Assembly: GCA_040326155.1 (NCBI GenBank) | Contig: JBEQLE010000008.1 | Coordinates: forward strand, 1 to 64,000 | Source of the DNA: Leptospirales bacterium | Lineage (GTDB): Bacteria > Spirochaetota > Leptospiria > Turneriellales > JAOUFE01 | DNA: 64,000 nucleotides | Direction: 5' to 3' | Part shown: positions 38,574 to 49,706 of the stretch, piece after piece | How the letters are laid out: every line of letters begins with the position of its first letter | How positions within the stretch are numbered: position 1 is the first letter of the stretch | Position numbers and translations under genes: made by a program | The notes under the pieces: model-generated | Told to the model about the DNA's origin: nothing | The model's database searches: none | The model's input: only the letters and a program-made list of their open reading frames with translations

Positions 38574-38803
38574 GGTTTCCTCCACCGTTTAATACATAAA
38601 TTCTTGTACAAGGTTAAGATAGGTGAATATCTTAGCAAGAATAAAAACACTAGTATGGTATATCGTTTCCTGCTTTCCTTATTAAAAATTCTTTCTCTCT
38701 TCGTGTCCTTTGTGCCTTTGTGGGCAAAATTGTTCCTTTGCCTGATTCCTGATATCTTTGAAGATTTTTATGGACAGCTCACGCGCATGCTCTAAGTAGA
38801 GTT

Positions 38804-39373
38804 GTGGAATTTTCTTTAGAGTTGCCGGAGCAAAGTTACGATTCTGATAATTTGTTCAGCGTGTTTGGAAGGGCTGTATATTTAGCGCTTCGTTTTGAAG
38901 AGCAATGCCTTGGTCTGGCGTTTCTGGCGGGCTTTCCGAACCCGCAAAAGGTGTTGTCCAGCGAAACTCAAACTGGAGCTTTTGCGCAGGAACTCGAAAA
39001 AAAAATTACCGAACCCTACCTGGCCGATTCGTTAGAATTTTTACGTTCTCTTATGAAAATAAATACAAAAATAAATTCGAAAAAAAAACCGCAGAAGAGT
39101 TCAACGGATAAACTAAATGACATTTTAAACAAGGCAAGAATAGCCCGAAACGAACTTCTTCACGCACCGGGGCCATTTTTTCCCACCCAAGACGCCACGC
39201 CGGAATTGGATACCGAGCGGCTGAACACAATTCTGCTCGATTTAGCCGGAGGTCATAGAAGTGTAGTTTTGCTCGCCTCGGGAGTATTGCAAAAACCCAT
39301 ATCTAACATCGAACGAGCGCAAAGCTATCCTGAAAATGTACTGGGCTGGGTTCTCGGTTCCAGGACCGACTGA
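38804..39373 (+). CDS. Hypothetical protein
   Basis: 189-aa ORF with plausible composition; contains ARNELLH (R-x4-H, HEPN-like spacing). Confidence 0.6.
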   Translation: MEFSLELPEQSYDSDNLFSVFGRAVYLALRFEEQCLGLAFLAGFPNPQKVLSSETQTGAFAQELEKKITEPYLADSLEFLRSLMKINTKINSKKKPQKSSTDKLNDILNKARIARNELLHAPGPFFPTQDATPELDTERLNTILLDLAGGHRSVVLLASGVLQKPISNIERAQSYPENVLGWVLGSRTD

Positions 39374-40360
39374 CCATGCATTGCGAAAATCTTTTCTGAA
39401 TAAAATATTAGTGGAATTCTTTTCTGGTTTATTTTCTGGTTTTTCGTCCGCATTTTCTTCAAGCGCATCTTCCGGGTTGGACTCTGGGGCTGTTTCTATT
39501 ATTAATTTTTCTACGGTGTACCCTTTTTCTTTCAGCATTTCCAGCACACTGTCGGGGCCGGAGAAATGACCGACGCCGACCAAAACTAATTCAGTTTCAG
39601 GCGTTCTTAAAAACCCGGCAATTTTTGGTATCCACCTTTTATTACGTTTGACCAGCAAATTATTATACATGGTTGGAAAATTTACTTTCCAGTTTTTAAT
39701 AAATAATTCATAAAGTTCTTGTTCCTGTCCAGATCGCCAGACATCCACAATTTTATGAAGGTGGTTTTCCGCTTGATCCATATCGCCAAGCGCATCGACA
39801 ACATATTCATTTTCATAACCTTCCCCCAGACTCACAAGTAACTTTAATTGGTATTGAATAGTTTCAAGTCCGATCACCTTTCGCCCATCTTCTACCGCTT
39901 TATTAAAATAATACTTGTCCACCCCGTCCGTAATGCCGGCTTTTTGCCATTTTAGCGCCATAAGATAATTTATAACCATCCATGGCTTCATTATCTTCAA
40001 TACGGAAATCTGAAGACTGTTTTCTTCACAGTACGCTTTTAGTTTCGCATACACTTCAGGCGATAATTCCGTTTCTAAGGTTTTACCATCCTTGTATACT
40101 CCGTTTTTTGTAATATATTCGATCATTTTTGGAGGAGAGATTTTACTCATGTCCACCTCAAGAATCAGAGTTTCAGAATTTTCATAAACCCAGTCATACT
40201 CCTTCGGAATACTGTTATTGTCTTTGAATAGAAGGTGTATTGTCCCCCCGAGATAAACAATGTTCCCCTTTTTTGAGGTAACTTTCCAAACTGATGCTTC
40301 GGAAAACAGGGCCGTTTGTAAACCTGCAAATAGAATAATAACAGTACATATTTTTTTCAT
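39242..40360 (-). CDS. TraB/GumN-family protein
   Basis: Signal peptide, YLGGTIHL, GVD, GLET..Q, RNKRW, VGVGHF.G. Confidence 0.88.
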   Translation of the reverse strand: MKKICTVIILFAGLQTALFSEASVWKVTSKKGNIVYLGGTIHLLFKDNNSIPKEYDWVYENSETLILEVDMSKISPPKMIEYITKNGVYKDGKTLETELSPEVYAKLKAYCEENSLQISVLKIMKPWMVINYLMALKWQKAGITDGVDKYYFNKAVEDGRKVIGLETIQYQLKLLVSLGEGYENEYVVDALGDMDQAENHLHKIVDVWRSGQEQELYELFIKNWKVNFPTMYNNLLVKRNKRWIPKIAGFLRTPETELVLVGVGHFSGPDSVLEMLKEKGYTVEKLIIETAPESNPEDALEENADEKPENKPEKNSTNILFRKDFRNAWSVGPGTENPAQYIFRIALRSFDVRYGFLQYSRGEQNYTSMTSG

Positions 40361-40409
40361 CTGCCAGAATTTGAAACTATAGCTGAAAAATCAATTTATT
40401 TTTGTGAGT

Positions 40410-42455
40410 TCACAACATGTCGATCGGGTCTATGTCGATTTCTGAAGAGACGCCTTCGACGCGGTTTTGCGAGGTGTTGAAAAATGATCTCAGCTTGCCG
40501 CCAAAGCGTCGGAGTTTTTCGGCTGATTTATCTTTTGCCAAAATGTGAAGTCGGTACTGCCCCTTTATTTTATAGAGCGCCGCTTCTGTCGGTCCGTAAA
40601 TTTGTTCTGGCATGCTTTCGGAACTCTCTGTTGTAAACAGAGAATTTTCTGTCTCCATTTCTGAGATATATGCCGAGAGCCGGTGAGCAATTCTCCATAA
40701 CGTATCTTCTTTATCGGAACGTAGTACGACACGAAGCAGTCTGCCGAAAGGTGGAAACCCCATCTCTTTTCGCAACTGTATCTCTTTTTCGTAAAAAGCT
40801 TCGTAGTCGCTCTGCTTTGCATAATCGATGGCGTAGTGTCCGGCTTGAACAGTCTGCATTACGACCTCTCCTTTTGAGTGCCTGCCGGCTCTTCCCGAGG
40901 CTTGCACCAGAAGTTGAAATACCCTTTCTGGACTTCGAAAATCGGGTAGTGATAAACCAATGTCTGCATTTAAAATTCCCACCAGAGTTACGCCTTCCAG
41001 GTCGAAACCTTTTGCAATCATCTGCGTTCCAATTAACGCTTGAATTTTTCGGGTTCTCATGGCTTCAAGCACATCTTCTACAAAACCCGAAGCGCTTGCG
41101 GAGTCCTGGTCCATTCTTGCATATTCAATATTCGGAAAGTGAAACTCCATTGCGTCTTCGGCTTTTTGTATACCCTTGCCCGAAAGTTTCAAGTCGCCCC
41201 CGCACTCGGTACATTTACCCGTATACGGTTCAGTATGTCCGCAGAGGTGGCATTTAAGAAAACTACCACCGTCTTTGCTTTTGTGGTGGGTCAGCGAAAC
41301 GCTGCAACTCGGGCAGGACATGGTTCTTTCGCAACTTTGACAAAAGGCAAAATTCGCATACCCTCTACGGTTCAGCAATAAAATAACCTGTTTTCCCTTT
41401 TCAAAATGTTCTTTCATTTTTTTGACTAAAAACGGAGATAAAATATCGCCGCCGGGCTCTCCGGGGTTGAACTTTGGAAGGTGGATATCTGGCAGTTCCA
41501 TTTCTGTCGCCCTCTTTTTCAGTACATGCAGCTGCATTACTTTTCTTTTTGCATAGTACATCGTTTCAACAAGAGGTGTTGCCGACCCACTGATCATAAT
41601 GGGAGACAAGGAATAGGGCCAGCTGCCTTTATGCGACAAACGATTATGCGCCACCCATTTGGCATTGTACCTTGCCCCGAATTGTTCTTTATAGGAGGAA
41701 TCATGTTCTTCGTCAATTACGATTAGACCCAGGTTTTTAACCGGTGCAAAAACCGCCGATCTGGTCCCCACAACAAAAATCGCCTCGCCTGCCAGAACTC
41801 TTTTATATTCGTTCAAACGAAAGGAGCGTCCCAACCCCGAATGCAATATTGCCATTTTATCACCAAATATGGGTTTCAATTGTTCGAGAAACTGGTAAGA
41901 AAGGGCTATTTCAGGTAGAAGCAACATGGTTCCCAGGTTTTTCTCCATGTACTTTTGTATAAGTTCAATATAAACTCTGGTTTTTCCCGAGCCTGTTACC
42001 CCGTGCAATAAATGCATTTTAAGACTGCTGCCGCCATTTTTTGCGCCGGTAAGTATATTATCTACAATCTCTTTTTGTTCGCGGTTTAATTCCGGAAGCT
42101 CCACATCTTTCGCTTGTTGGCCTACAAGTTTTTTATGCTTACGCCCCGAAGGGATCATTGAAAAAAGGATATCGGCTCGACGGGCCAGATAATGGGTAGC
42201 AACTCTTTCGGAGAGTTCAAACTGTTCTTTATTTATTATAGATTCTTTGTCAATAATTCGTGAAATTGGTTCCAGCTCTTTTTTTTCAGAAGCAGCGACT
42301 CCACTTCGAATATGAACCACCAGGCCAACCAGTTTATTTTTTTTAAAATCTACAATAATTCTCTGGTAAAGCCGAATGCGATCAATTAACTTCTCCGGCA
42401 CATAATACAAGACAGGCTCGCGCCAGGGGGCATCTACATAAACGGATACAATCAC
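40410..42455 (-). CDS. priA: Primosomal protein N'
   Basis: HGVTGSGKT, DEEHDSSYK, four CxxC pairs, GTQMIAKGFD, QASGRAGR. Confidence 0.96.
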   Translation of the reverse strand: MIVSVYVDAPWREPVLYYVPEKLIDRIRLYQRIIVDFKKNKLVGLVVHIRSGVAASEKKELEPISRIIDKESIINKEQFELSERVATHYLARRADILFSMIPSGRKHKKLVGQQAKDVELPELNREQKEIVDNILTGAKNGGSSLKMHLLHGVTGSGKTRVYIELIQKYMEKNLGTMLLLPEIALSYQFLEQLKPIFGDKMAILHSGLGRSFRLNEYKRVLAGEAIFVVGTRSAVFAPVKNLGLIVIDEEHDSSYKEQFGARYNAKWVAHNRLSHKGSWPYSLSPIMISGSATPLVETMYYAKRKVMQLHVLKKRATEMELPDIHLPKFNPGEPGGDILSPFLVKKMKEHFEKGKQVILLLNRRGYANFAFCQSCERTMSCPSCSVSLTHHKSKDGGSFLKCHLCGHTEPYTGKCTECGGDLKLSGKGIQKAEDAMEFHFPNIEYARMDQDSASASGFVEDVLEAMRTRKIQALIGTQMIAKGFDLEGVTLVGILNADIGLSLPDFRSPERVFQLLVQASGRAGRHSKGEVVMQTVQAGHYAIDYAKQSDYEAFYEKEIQLRKEMGFPPFGRLLRVVLRSDKEDTLWRIAHRLSAYISEMETENSLFTTESSESMPEQIYGPTEAALYKIKGQYRLHILAKDKSAEKLRRFGGKLRSFFNTSQNRVEGVSSEIDIDPIDML

Positions 42456-42523
42456 AAAGGCCGGTTTATCGGTCTACCCGGCAAGGTAAACCGAAAATCA
42501 GAACTTCTATTACTTATGTTATT

Positions 42524-43699
42524 TCATCTCTTCCTGGAGGCTTGTTTAAGAATATACGTGGCAATTTCATTCTTTTGAATTTGACTGGTTCCTTCGTAAA
42601 TTGTTAAAATTTTTGCATCTCTGTACATTTTTTCAACAGGATAATCTTTCACGTACCCATAGCCGCCGTGAAGTTGCAACGCATCGTTAGCTATGCTGAC
42701 TGCATTTTCACTGCAATAATATTTGGCAATAGCCGAATATTTGGCCAAATCGGAATGGTGCAAGTCAGCACACCTGGCAGCTCTGTATACCAACAACTGC
42801 CCCGCTTCGATTTTCACCAGCATATCGACCAGCATATGTTGCACAACTTGAAAGTTAATTACACTTTTACCAAATTGAACTCTTTCCCGGGTATACTTTA
42901 CAGCTTCGTCGTATGCGCCTCTGGCCACACCCACGGCCATTCCCGCCACCACAGGTCGTGAAACATTTAGAGTTTTTATAGCATGGATAAAACCTTTACC
43001 TTCGTGTAAACCCACAAGATTCTCAGCCGGAACTTCCACATCTTCCATAATAATCTGAGCTGTATGTGAAGCTCGAATTCCCAGTTTATTTTCCAGTTTT
43101 CCAAAAGAGAGTCCTTTCATCCCTTTTTCCAGAATAAAACAGGAAAATCCGCGCGAACCTTTACTCGGGTCGGTTTCGGCAAACACTGTATAGATATCGG
43201 CCTGTCCCGCATTGGATATCCATTGCTTGGTTCCATTTAATATATATGCGTCTCCCTTTTTTACAGCCGTTGTTGTCATGGCGGGAACATCCGAACCTGC
43301 GTCTGGTTCGGTCAGTCCAAAAGCTCCCAGTTTTTCACCTGAAGCCAGCGGGGTTAAATATTTCATTTTTTGCTCTTCGGTTCCCCCGATTTCAATCGGA
43401 AAGGCGCCTAACTTCGAAGCCAGGTAAGCGGTTCCAACCCCCAGGCAATACTTCGAAATTGTCTCGCCCATCATGGCAGCGACTAAAGAACTTGAACCCA
43501 GGCCGCCGTATTCCGTTGCATATAATACACTAAAAAGGCCGGCTTCCCGAAACTTATCGAAAACCTCATGCGGAAAAATTTCTTTTTCATCCATTTCAGC
43601 CCGTCTTGGTATAATTTCATTTCGGCAAACCTCGTCCGCCATTTCCAATATTGTTACATCATCTTCCGATAAAGAAAAATCCATTATATCTTTGCTCAT
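42524..43699 (-). CDS. Acyl-CoA dehydrogenase
   Basis: AFGLTEPDAGSD, GTKQWISN, QLHGGYGY, YRDAKILTIYEGTSQIQ. Confidence 0.95.
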   Translation of the reverse strand: MSKDIMDFSLSEDDVTILEMADEVCRNEIIPRRAEMDEKEIFPHEVFDKFREAGLFSVLYATEYGGLGSSSLVAAMMGETISKYCLGVGTAYLASKLGAFPIEIGGTEEQKMKYLTPLASGEKLGAFGLTEPDAGSDVPAMTTTAVKKGDAYILNGTKQWISNAGQADIYTVFAETDPSKGSRGFSCFILEKGMKGLSFGKLENKLGIRASHTAQIIMEDVEVPAENLVGLHEGKGFIHAIKTLNVSRPVVAGMAVGVARGAYDEAVKYTRERVQFGKSVINFQVVQHMLVDMLVKIEAGQLLVYRAARCADLHHSDLAKYSAIAKYYCSENAVSIANDALQLHGGYGYVKDYPVEKMYRDAKILTIYEGTSQIQKNEIATYILKQASRKR

Positions 43700-43888
43700 T
43701 TTTTCTCCTTTTCTGAGTCAATTTTAACTTACTTCTATAATTTCTATATCTACACCATTGGGTTTGTAAACAGCAATAGCGCCTTTAACAATAACAATAT
43801 CGATGATATTCTTCCAGACCATTATACCTTTATCTCAATATACTGTTTTTCTGTCATTTCTTTCAATTTTATTGTCCAATTTTTATTC

Positions 43889-45082
43889 TCACTTAATTTT
43901 TTTGCCAAAATCGGTTTGCATCTGAAAATAAACGGCATTATCCCGAACATCTCCACCGTTTATCGTCAGGTGATCACGACGTATCTGATAAAAAACCTGG
44001 CCCTTTATGCGACTTTTCTGTAAATAGAAGTTAAAGCCTATCCAGAAATCACGTAAAATCTCTGAGTTTTCTATGTTTTGGTTACCATCGAGATCGAGTT
44101 CAAAATAGTCATATCGAAAAACAGCCATAAGAAATCGTTTACCTACAGGCAAAACATAACCCGCTGTCGCCTGGTACGAGAAATTGTCGTTGGCCGCATT
44201 GCCTGTAAATTTTGTTACAGAAGCATTCAGGTAAATTTGATATAGAAATAGTGTCATATCTCCGCTCACGCCGCCAACACTGAGGTTGTTAGCAAAACGT
44301 CCGTATTCAGCCGACTCAGTATACATTCCTGAAACTCCGAAAGAAAGCAGGTTGTTATTGTCGAACACCTCTGTTCCTTCTTTCCAGGCTTTACCTTCTG
44401 GTCCACCCAGGGGATGATATTCGAGGCGGGCATTCCAGAGCGGCGCTGTTGGCTCTCCCGAATTCGAAGCTTGAACATATTTTCGTCCTACCCCGTCATC
44501 GCCGGCGCCGTCCCCGTTGGTAAGTGAAACCATGAATTTCATTTTATTTTTCATACTTCCCACAAAACCCAGCGGATTCACGTCGAACATTACCCCGATA
44601 TCGTAAAGTTGTATCATGGAGTTCATAAAAGAACGCTCCAACGCAACAAAGTTGCCCGAAGAAGCCAGACCTTCCCGAAAAAACGGTAATTTAAATTGGC
44701 CAAAAGTTATTCGCGATTCGGGAAGTCCGGTTGCCAGCCAGAAATTTGCAAACTCAATAGCGGAGTATGCGTCTGTTAATGTGTTGGTTGAACTAAGCGT
44801 TGGCTTAGCTAAAAAATTCTCCAGTCTTAAATCGACAATTCCGCCAAACCAGTCAGCCCCTTGAAAAATAAACCCTGCACGTAACCTGCGAAAGTTAAAA
44901 TCGAGCGCATCGTAATCACGGACCGAAGCATAGGGAGTGGCAACCTCTCCGGCAACCATTCTAGTCTGAATTCGAATTCTAACCTTCATATAGGATGAAT
45001 CTTCGACATCATCTGCGGCCCACATCGTCTGGCTGCATAACAACAGCATTATTATATAAACAAGTCGTTTTGATAATTTCAT
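43889..45082 (-). CDS. OprO/OprP-like outer-membrane porin
   Basis: Signal peptide; FNFRRLRAG, FGQFKLPF.RE..SS.....ERS motif; amphipathic strands. Confidence 0.75.
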   Translation of the reverse strand: MKLSKRLVYIIMLLLCSQTMWAADDVEDSSYMKVRIRIQTRMVAGEVATPYASVRDYDALDFNFRRLRAGFIFQGADWFGGIVDLRLENFLAKPTLSSTNTLTDAYSAIEFANFWLATGLPESRITFGQFKLPFFREGLASSGNFVALERSFMNSMIQLYDIGVMFDVNPLGFVGSMKNKMKFMVSLTNGDGAGDDGVGRKYVQASNSGEPTAPLWNARLEYHPLGGPEGKAWKEGTEVFDNNNLLSFGVSGMYTESAEYGRFANNLSVGGVSGDMTLFLYQIYLNASVTKFTGNAANDNFSYQATAGYVLPVGKRFLMAVFRYDYFELDLDGNQNIENSEILRDFWIGFNFYLQKSRIKGQVFYQIRRDHLTINGGDVRDNAVYFQMQTDFGKKIK

Positions 45083-45118
45083 AATAGCCCTTCCTTATCT
45101 CAATACTATAAAAATAAA

Positions 45119-46453
45119 CTACCCGATTATGAAAGGCCAAAAGTATGTTGCAACCAGGGAAAGAATAATTACGCCTATCCAGTTGACTATAAAACCGGTT
45201 TTTGCCATAGTCTTCATTTCGACTAAACCACTCGACATAATAATGGCGTTGGGTGGGGTTGCAATGGGAAGCATAAATGCGTAACTTGCGGCAACGGTCA
45301 CAATAATAAGCAACCTCTGGTCTAATCCATATGCATTCGATAATTCAAAAAAGATCGGTAGCGCGAGCGAAACAAATGCTGTATTGCTCGTAACCTCCGT
45401 CGTAAAACTCACCAGGGCGGCAGTCGCAAATAAAATTAAGAGAATGGGCCAATACTCAATACCTGTAAATTGTGCAATAATAATTTGAGCTAGATCGAGC
45501 TTAATTACCGCTGCTGCGATTGAAAACCCCGCTCCAAACAAAAACAATATTTCAAAAGGTATTTTTTTGGTGTCCTGCCAATCGAGAAAATTGATTCCGG
45601 GTAAAAACATGGTAAGACCAAATGTGAGTAAAAGCAATTTTTCGTTTAACCCAAGTCCCATATAATAAGGCTCTATTTTTGCATTTGCAATTAACAGTAA
45701 AAAAAGGAATATTAAAATATAGGATAATTTTTTTTGTTCTTTATCCATAAGCATCGGCTTATGTTGCCCTTTCTCTATTATAACTTTTCGAACAGGCCAG
45801 GCAATAATGTAAGGTATGGTCGCTAACATAAATGCGACCACGGGAATCATCATAACCATCCAGACGACAAAAGAGGGCGCTGCCGTTCCCCACTCTTCCA
45901 TTTTTTGCAGTAAAATTAAATTTGGCGGAGTGCCTACAGGTGTTAAAATTCCACCCATGCTGGCTCCATATGCTGTCGCTAAAAGTAGACGAACTTTTAC
46001 TTTTGGGTCTTTAGCCAGCAAAAGAGCAATGGGCATTAGCATCAGGGTTATGGTTGTATTGGATAATACAGCGCTTAATAAAGCCGAGGTAATGGCCACG
46101 GCGTAGGTAAGCCCCACCGTGGTTGAGGGAAAAAAGGAAAGTAATTTCAAGGCAAGGTATTTATGCAGGTTGGTTTTTTCGACGGCTATGGCCAACATAA
46201 ACCCGCCTAAAAATAAAAAGATAATGGGTTTTGCATAATTGGCGGTTACTGCCTTTACCTCCATAAAGCCAAAAGCAGAAAAAAGAACGATTGGTAAAAG
46301 CGAGACCACCCCCATGGGCAGTCCACCATTCGTCCATAAAGCAATGGTAAAAGCCAGCACTCCAACAAAGGAAGCCTGCATGGGTGTAAGCACCATGGAG
46401 CTTAAGGCATAGAAAATTGCTCCGAGTATTAAGGCTATGGTGATTTTTTTCAT
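45119..46453 (-). CDS. SLC13/DASS anion:sodium symporter
   Basis: IFLFLGGF, LSNT, TPVGTPPN, FTTEVTSNTA, AFMLPIATPPNAI. Confidence 0.93.
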   Translation of the reverse strand: MKKITIALILGAIFYALSSMVLTPMQASFVGVLAFTIALWTNGGLPMGVVSLLPIVLFSAFGFMEVKAVTANYAKPIIFLFLGGFMLAIAVEKTNLHKYLALKLLSFFPSTTVGLTYAVAITSALLSAVLSNTTITLMLMPIALLLAKDPKVKVRLLLATAYGASMGGILTPVGTPPNLILLQKMEEWGTAAPSFVVWMVMMIPVVAFMLATIPYIIAWPVRKVIIEKGQHKPMLMDKEQKKLSYILIFLFLLLIANAKIEPYYMGLGLNEKLLLLTFGLTMFLPGINFLDWQDTKKIPFEILFLFGAGFSIAAAVIKLDLAQIIIAQFTGIEYWPILLILFATAALVSFTTEVTSNTAFVSLALPIFFELSNAYGLDQRLLIIVTVAASYAFMLPIATPPNAIIMSSGLVEMKTMAKTGFIVNWIGVIILSLVATYFWPFIIG

Positions 46454-46492
46454 GGTTTTCCCTTATTGTAGCGGATATTTTATCCGCCCATT

Positions 46493-47803
46493 TTACATGT
46501 TTTGCAAATTATAAAATCGTAGTTTATGATCCAGAAAATCTGTTAGAACAAGAATTTTCCCGTCTGGAGATATGTCAAGCCCGGTCGGTTGGTTTCCCCC
46601 TTCTACCTCACGAACAACCTCTAAACGTTTTAAATCGATCATTATAATTTTACCAAATTTTGGCCCTTTCAATAAATAACTTTTTTTATTATTAGGCCCC
46701 CGGCAAGAAACAAAAAGGGTTGTTCCATCAGGAGAAACAACGATGGTATTTGGTTTGTCATACACAGGTATGGTTTTAATGAGTTTCAAACTCTTCTCAT
46801 CAATGACTTCAACGATAGCGTTTAACATGTCAGAGACATAAATTCTACCTTTGTTATCACGAACCAAATGTCGCTTTGCTCCAGGCTTGCCGTCAATTTT
46901 GGTATTTTTTTTAGACTCAAGGTCAATTCTAAGAAGGTTACCTCTTATCGTGTCCGATTTATTTCCTGAATATAAGGTTACATAGAGCGCTTTTGAATCG
47001 GAAGAAAGTAACAAGCCGCGTGGTATACCGCCGGTTTGCAAAGTATCGATCTGTTTTTTACGTTTAATGTCAATAACCGAAACATCACCGGAAAGCCAAT
47101 TCGAAACATAAACCCTTTTTCGCGATTTATCGTATTCCATAAACTTGGTCCAATTGCCCGAGACCGTTATGGTCGTTTTATATTTAAACGTTTTCAGATC
47201 AAAGACATGAATAGACGAAGTCATCTGGGTTATCCAGAGTTCTTTCGTATCCGGTATAACAAGAGATTCGACAAAACCGCTTTCTCCGATATACTTTTCG
47301 GGAACAGGCAATAACTTTCTTTTTCCGGTTTTTATATCGATTATAGAAATTCCCGAGGCATCGAGCAGTGGAACAATTACAATATGGTTGTTCATAAACC
47401 GAGCACTTTTAGGTTTTTTCCCCGTGTTTATATAACCGACGGGTTGGTAGGTTTTATCAATTTTCTGAAATAGAATATCGCGATAAAAGCCGGTAAGGTT
47501 GATTTTTTTGTCAAATAAAACACCTTCGGACACGATTTTCAAATAAAAAGATCGATTGCGAATTTTTTCGGGTAGAATGATATCAACATATCCCAGATTT
47601 TTTTCGATATGTTTCGAAATCGATTCAACCTTTTTTCCGTCAATAAACGCCGTTACGGGTTCCCACGGTTGCAAGTATATACGCCATTTATCTGGCTCAC
47701 CCGCATGTAAAAAGCAGACAAATAAAATAGAACATGTAAATAGAAAAACAGAATTTCGAAGAGTTTGTTTTGCGCAGGTTTTCAAGGTCTTCAAGGTTTG
47801 CAA
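46493..47803 (-). CDS. YncE/YVTN-like beta-propeller secreted protein
   Basis: Signal peptide; VYVSNW...VSVID, PRGL.LS.D, PTGLDISPDG repeats. Confidence 0.82.
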   Translation of the reverse strand: MQTLKTLKTCAKQTLRNSVFLFTCSILFVCFLHAGEPDKWRIYLQPWEPVTAFIDGKKVESISKHIEKNLGYVDIILPEKIRNRSFYLKIVSEGVLFDKKINLTGFYRDILFQKIDKTYQPVGYINTGKKPKSARFMNNHIVIVPLLDASGISIIDIKTGKRKLLPVPEKYIGESGFVESLVIPDTKELWITQMTSSIHVFDLKTFKYKTTITVSGNWTKFMEYDKSRKRVYVSNWLSGDVSVIDIKRKKQIDTLQTGGIPRGLLLSSDSKALYVTLYSGNKSDTIRGNLLRIDLESKKNTKIDGKPGAKRHLVRDNKGRIYVSDMLNAIVEVIDEKSLKLIKTIPVYDKPNTIVVSPDGTTLFVSCRGPNNKKSYLLKGPKFGKIIMIDLKRLEVVREVEGGNQPTGLDISPDGKILVLTDFLDHKLRFYNLQNM

Positions 47804-47901
47804 TGATTTTCAAATATAAGGCACAGTCAAGTGGATTTTTTTAGATACTACTTTTTAGATAATACATAGGGGCTGCTTTTATCTTCAAATAATCTGAAAA
47901 G

Positions 47902-48303
47902 TTAAGGACACCGGGAACAAACGCGCCGGAAAGTTTTCATTATACGATATGCCGGTACGGCCCCATTCACAAGAAATGACTTTCGCAACACCCAGCGAAC
48001 CGGTTTTGCCATAGGAAGAATTTCAACAATTTTATCAATGGCCTCCGCCCCTGAGAATATTTCGCCGGACGGGGAAATAAGATGGAGGTCGTTGCTCAGA
48101 GTTTCGTCAGTTTCGATATTTTTTACATACTCTTCAAAATCAACGAAAAGAAAAACTCTGTTTTTATCAAGCTTGCGAAGAGTTCCGGCACCTTTGGAAC
48201 AAACCTTACAGCCAGAATCATAGACCATGGTCCACTGTTTTTGATCATCCTTACTCATTTTTGACAATTCCGAGACCATGTTTTCTAAGAAACCGGGCCC
48301 CAA
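47902..48303 (-). CDS. DCC1/DUF393 thiol-disulfide oxidoreductase family protein
   Basis: YDSGCKVC, LHLISPSGEIFSGAEA; start uncertain. Confidence 0.8.
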   Translation of the reverse strand: MGPGFLENMVSELSKMSKDDQKQWTMVYDSGCKVCSKGAGTLRKLDKNRVFLFVDFEEYVKNIETDETLSNDLHLISPSGEIFSGAEAIDKIVEILPMAKPVRWVLRKSFLVNGAVPAYRIMKTFRRVCSRCP

Positions 48304-48359
48304 CTGTGGAAACCCGGTTTATTGTTAACACTTGTTGTTAACATTTCTAAATAATACTT

Positions 48360-49706
48360 TTAAAATTCAAATGACATGTTAAATACCACTTCAATCTGAG
48401 TTTGAGTTTCATATTGATCGTTCCCAATGGGTGCAAAAGTCCAATTATATTTCAACCCGATTAACATAAAAGGAAGAGGATGATAACCGATCATAGCGGC
48501 TAAAAGTGAGTCTTCATCCAGAGCAAACAAATCGGCTCCATTTTGAATACCCACCCTGTCATACCAAGCACCAAGTTCGATTTTAGGAATCAGCTTGGGA
48601 GGAATAATTACTTCCAGGTGAAGAATGCCATCGGGGTCGGTATCTGTCTGCTGATAACCGCCAATAATCTGTACAGCATCAAATAAGGAAAACCCGAGCT
48701 CTCCATACGTTCCTCCTGAGGCAAGTTTCGACGACAGTTCATCTCGGCCAATTACAGCACCCGAAGAACTGGTTGCGGGCTGGTACCGATTGATCAGATA
48801 CATAGTGTTGAAAAACGAAGGTACAAACTGATCTTTAATCCATCGTCTTTCCACCTTGGCTTGAATTTTAACAATGTTTCCGGGCAGTGCAAATTGTGTT
48901 GCTACGCCAATTAACTGGCCAGAGCCATATTGAAGATATTTTGCCCAGTCATAATATACTTCAAGCTTAAAAATATCGGTCTCAATAATCGGCAAGCCGA
49001 CATCTAATGCATAGGCAGCCAAAAACTCCGATGTGGTTGTTTTATTATTATTTGGTGACCCCGTGTTATAAGTGGAATTTGTAATTGTAGAATCGGTGCT
49101 AAAATCTGCAACAAATGTCCCGCCAAACTCAAGTCCGCCGATTATGGGTAGATCACCGATTGGTGTAAATTTAAGCGGACGAACATAGAGCCTGGCTCCG
49201 GTAACAGACGCGTCGATAAAGTCGGAATAAATACCCTCAATACCCACTTTCTCAAAGTCAAGGTCGAATTCCATACCGATTCCCCGGTCATCCAGAGAAG
49301 GGCTATTGGAAAAGTTGTACATTAAAATTCCATGCCCCAGAGATGAATTGCTCAGGTTTCCTACTCGAGTGTATAAAAAACCAAAAGCCTTCTCTTCTTT
49401 AGTTCCCAGACGTACATATCGAATAATTTTAGCGATATCACGTATTTCATCCCAGTCGCTCTTACGAATGGTCCCGTCCTGGGTGTTAATGCGAAGGGTT
49501 AAATCGGCTCCGAAACCAAATGGCCCCAAAGCCAGGTCCGGTGTGAATGATAAATTGAAGTATGGAATGCCATCGATCATTGAAAAACCGATACCACCAC
49601 CAAGAGAGTTGCGAGACTCTTCAGAAAGCATACTTTGCGCTTGCAGCGAACCAAGCCCTATCATCGCAGAAAAAATTAATAGTGCTATTTTTTTATAACT
49701 TCTCAT
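48360..49706 (-). CDS. Probable outer-membrane beta-barrel protein of unknown function
   Basis: AGGAG SD, signal peptide, alternating aromatic strands, C-terminal FNMSFEF. Confidence 0.75.
   Translation of the reverse strand: MRSYKKIALLIFSAMIGLGSLQAQSMLSEESRNSLGGGIGFSMIDGIPYFNLSFTPDLALGPFGFGADLTLRINTQDGTIRKSDWDEIRDIAKIIRYVRLGTKEEKAFGFLYTRVGNLSNSSLGHGILMYNFSNSPSLDDRGIGMEFDLDFEKVGIEGIYSDFIDASVTGARLYVRPLKFTPIGDLPIIGGLEFGGTFVADFSTDSTITNSTYNTGSPNNNKTTTSEFLAAYALDVGLPIIETDIFKLEVYYDWAKYLQYGSGQLIGVATQFALPGNIVKIQAKVERRWIKDQFVPSFFNTMYLINRYQPATSSSGAVIGRDELSSKLASGGTYGELGFSLFDAVQIIGGYQQTDTDPDGILHLEVIIPPKLIPKIELGAWYDRVGIQNGADLFALDEDSLLAAMIGYHPLPFMLIGLKYNWTFAPIGNDQYETQTQIEVVFNMSFEF

Noticed and set aside
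38695..38725. TTCGTGTCCTTTGTGCCTTTGTGG short tandem motif
   Set aside because: Resembles a common intergenic repeat type but occurs once here; nothing further can be supported.
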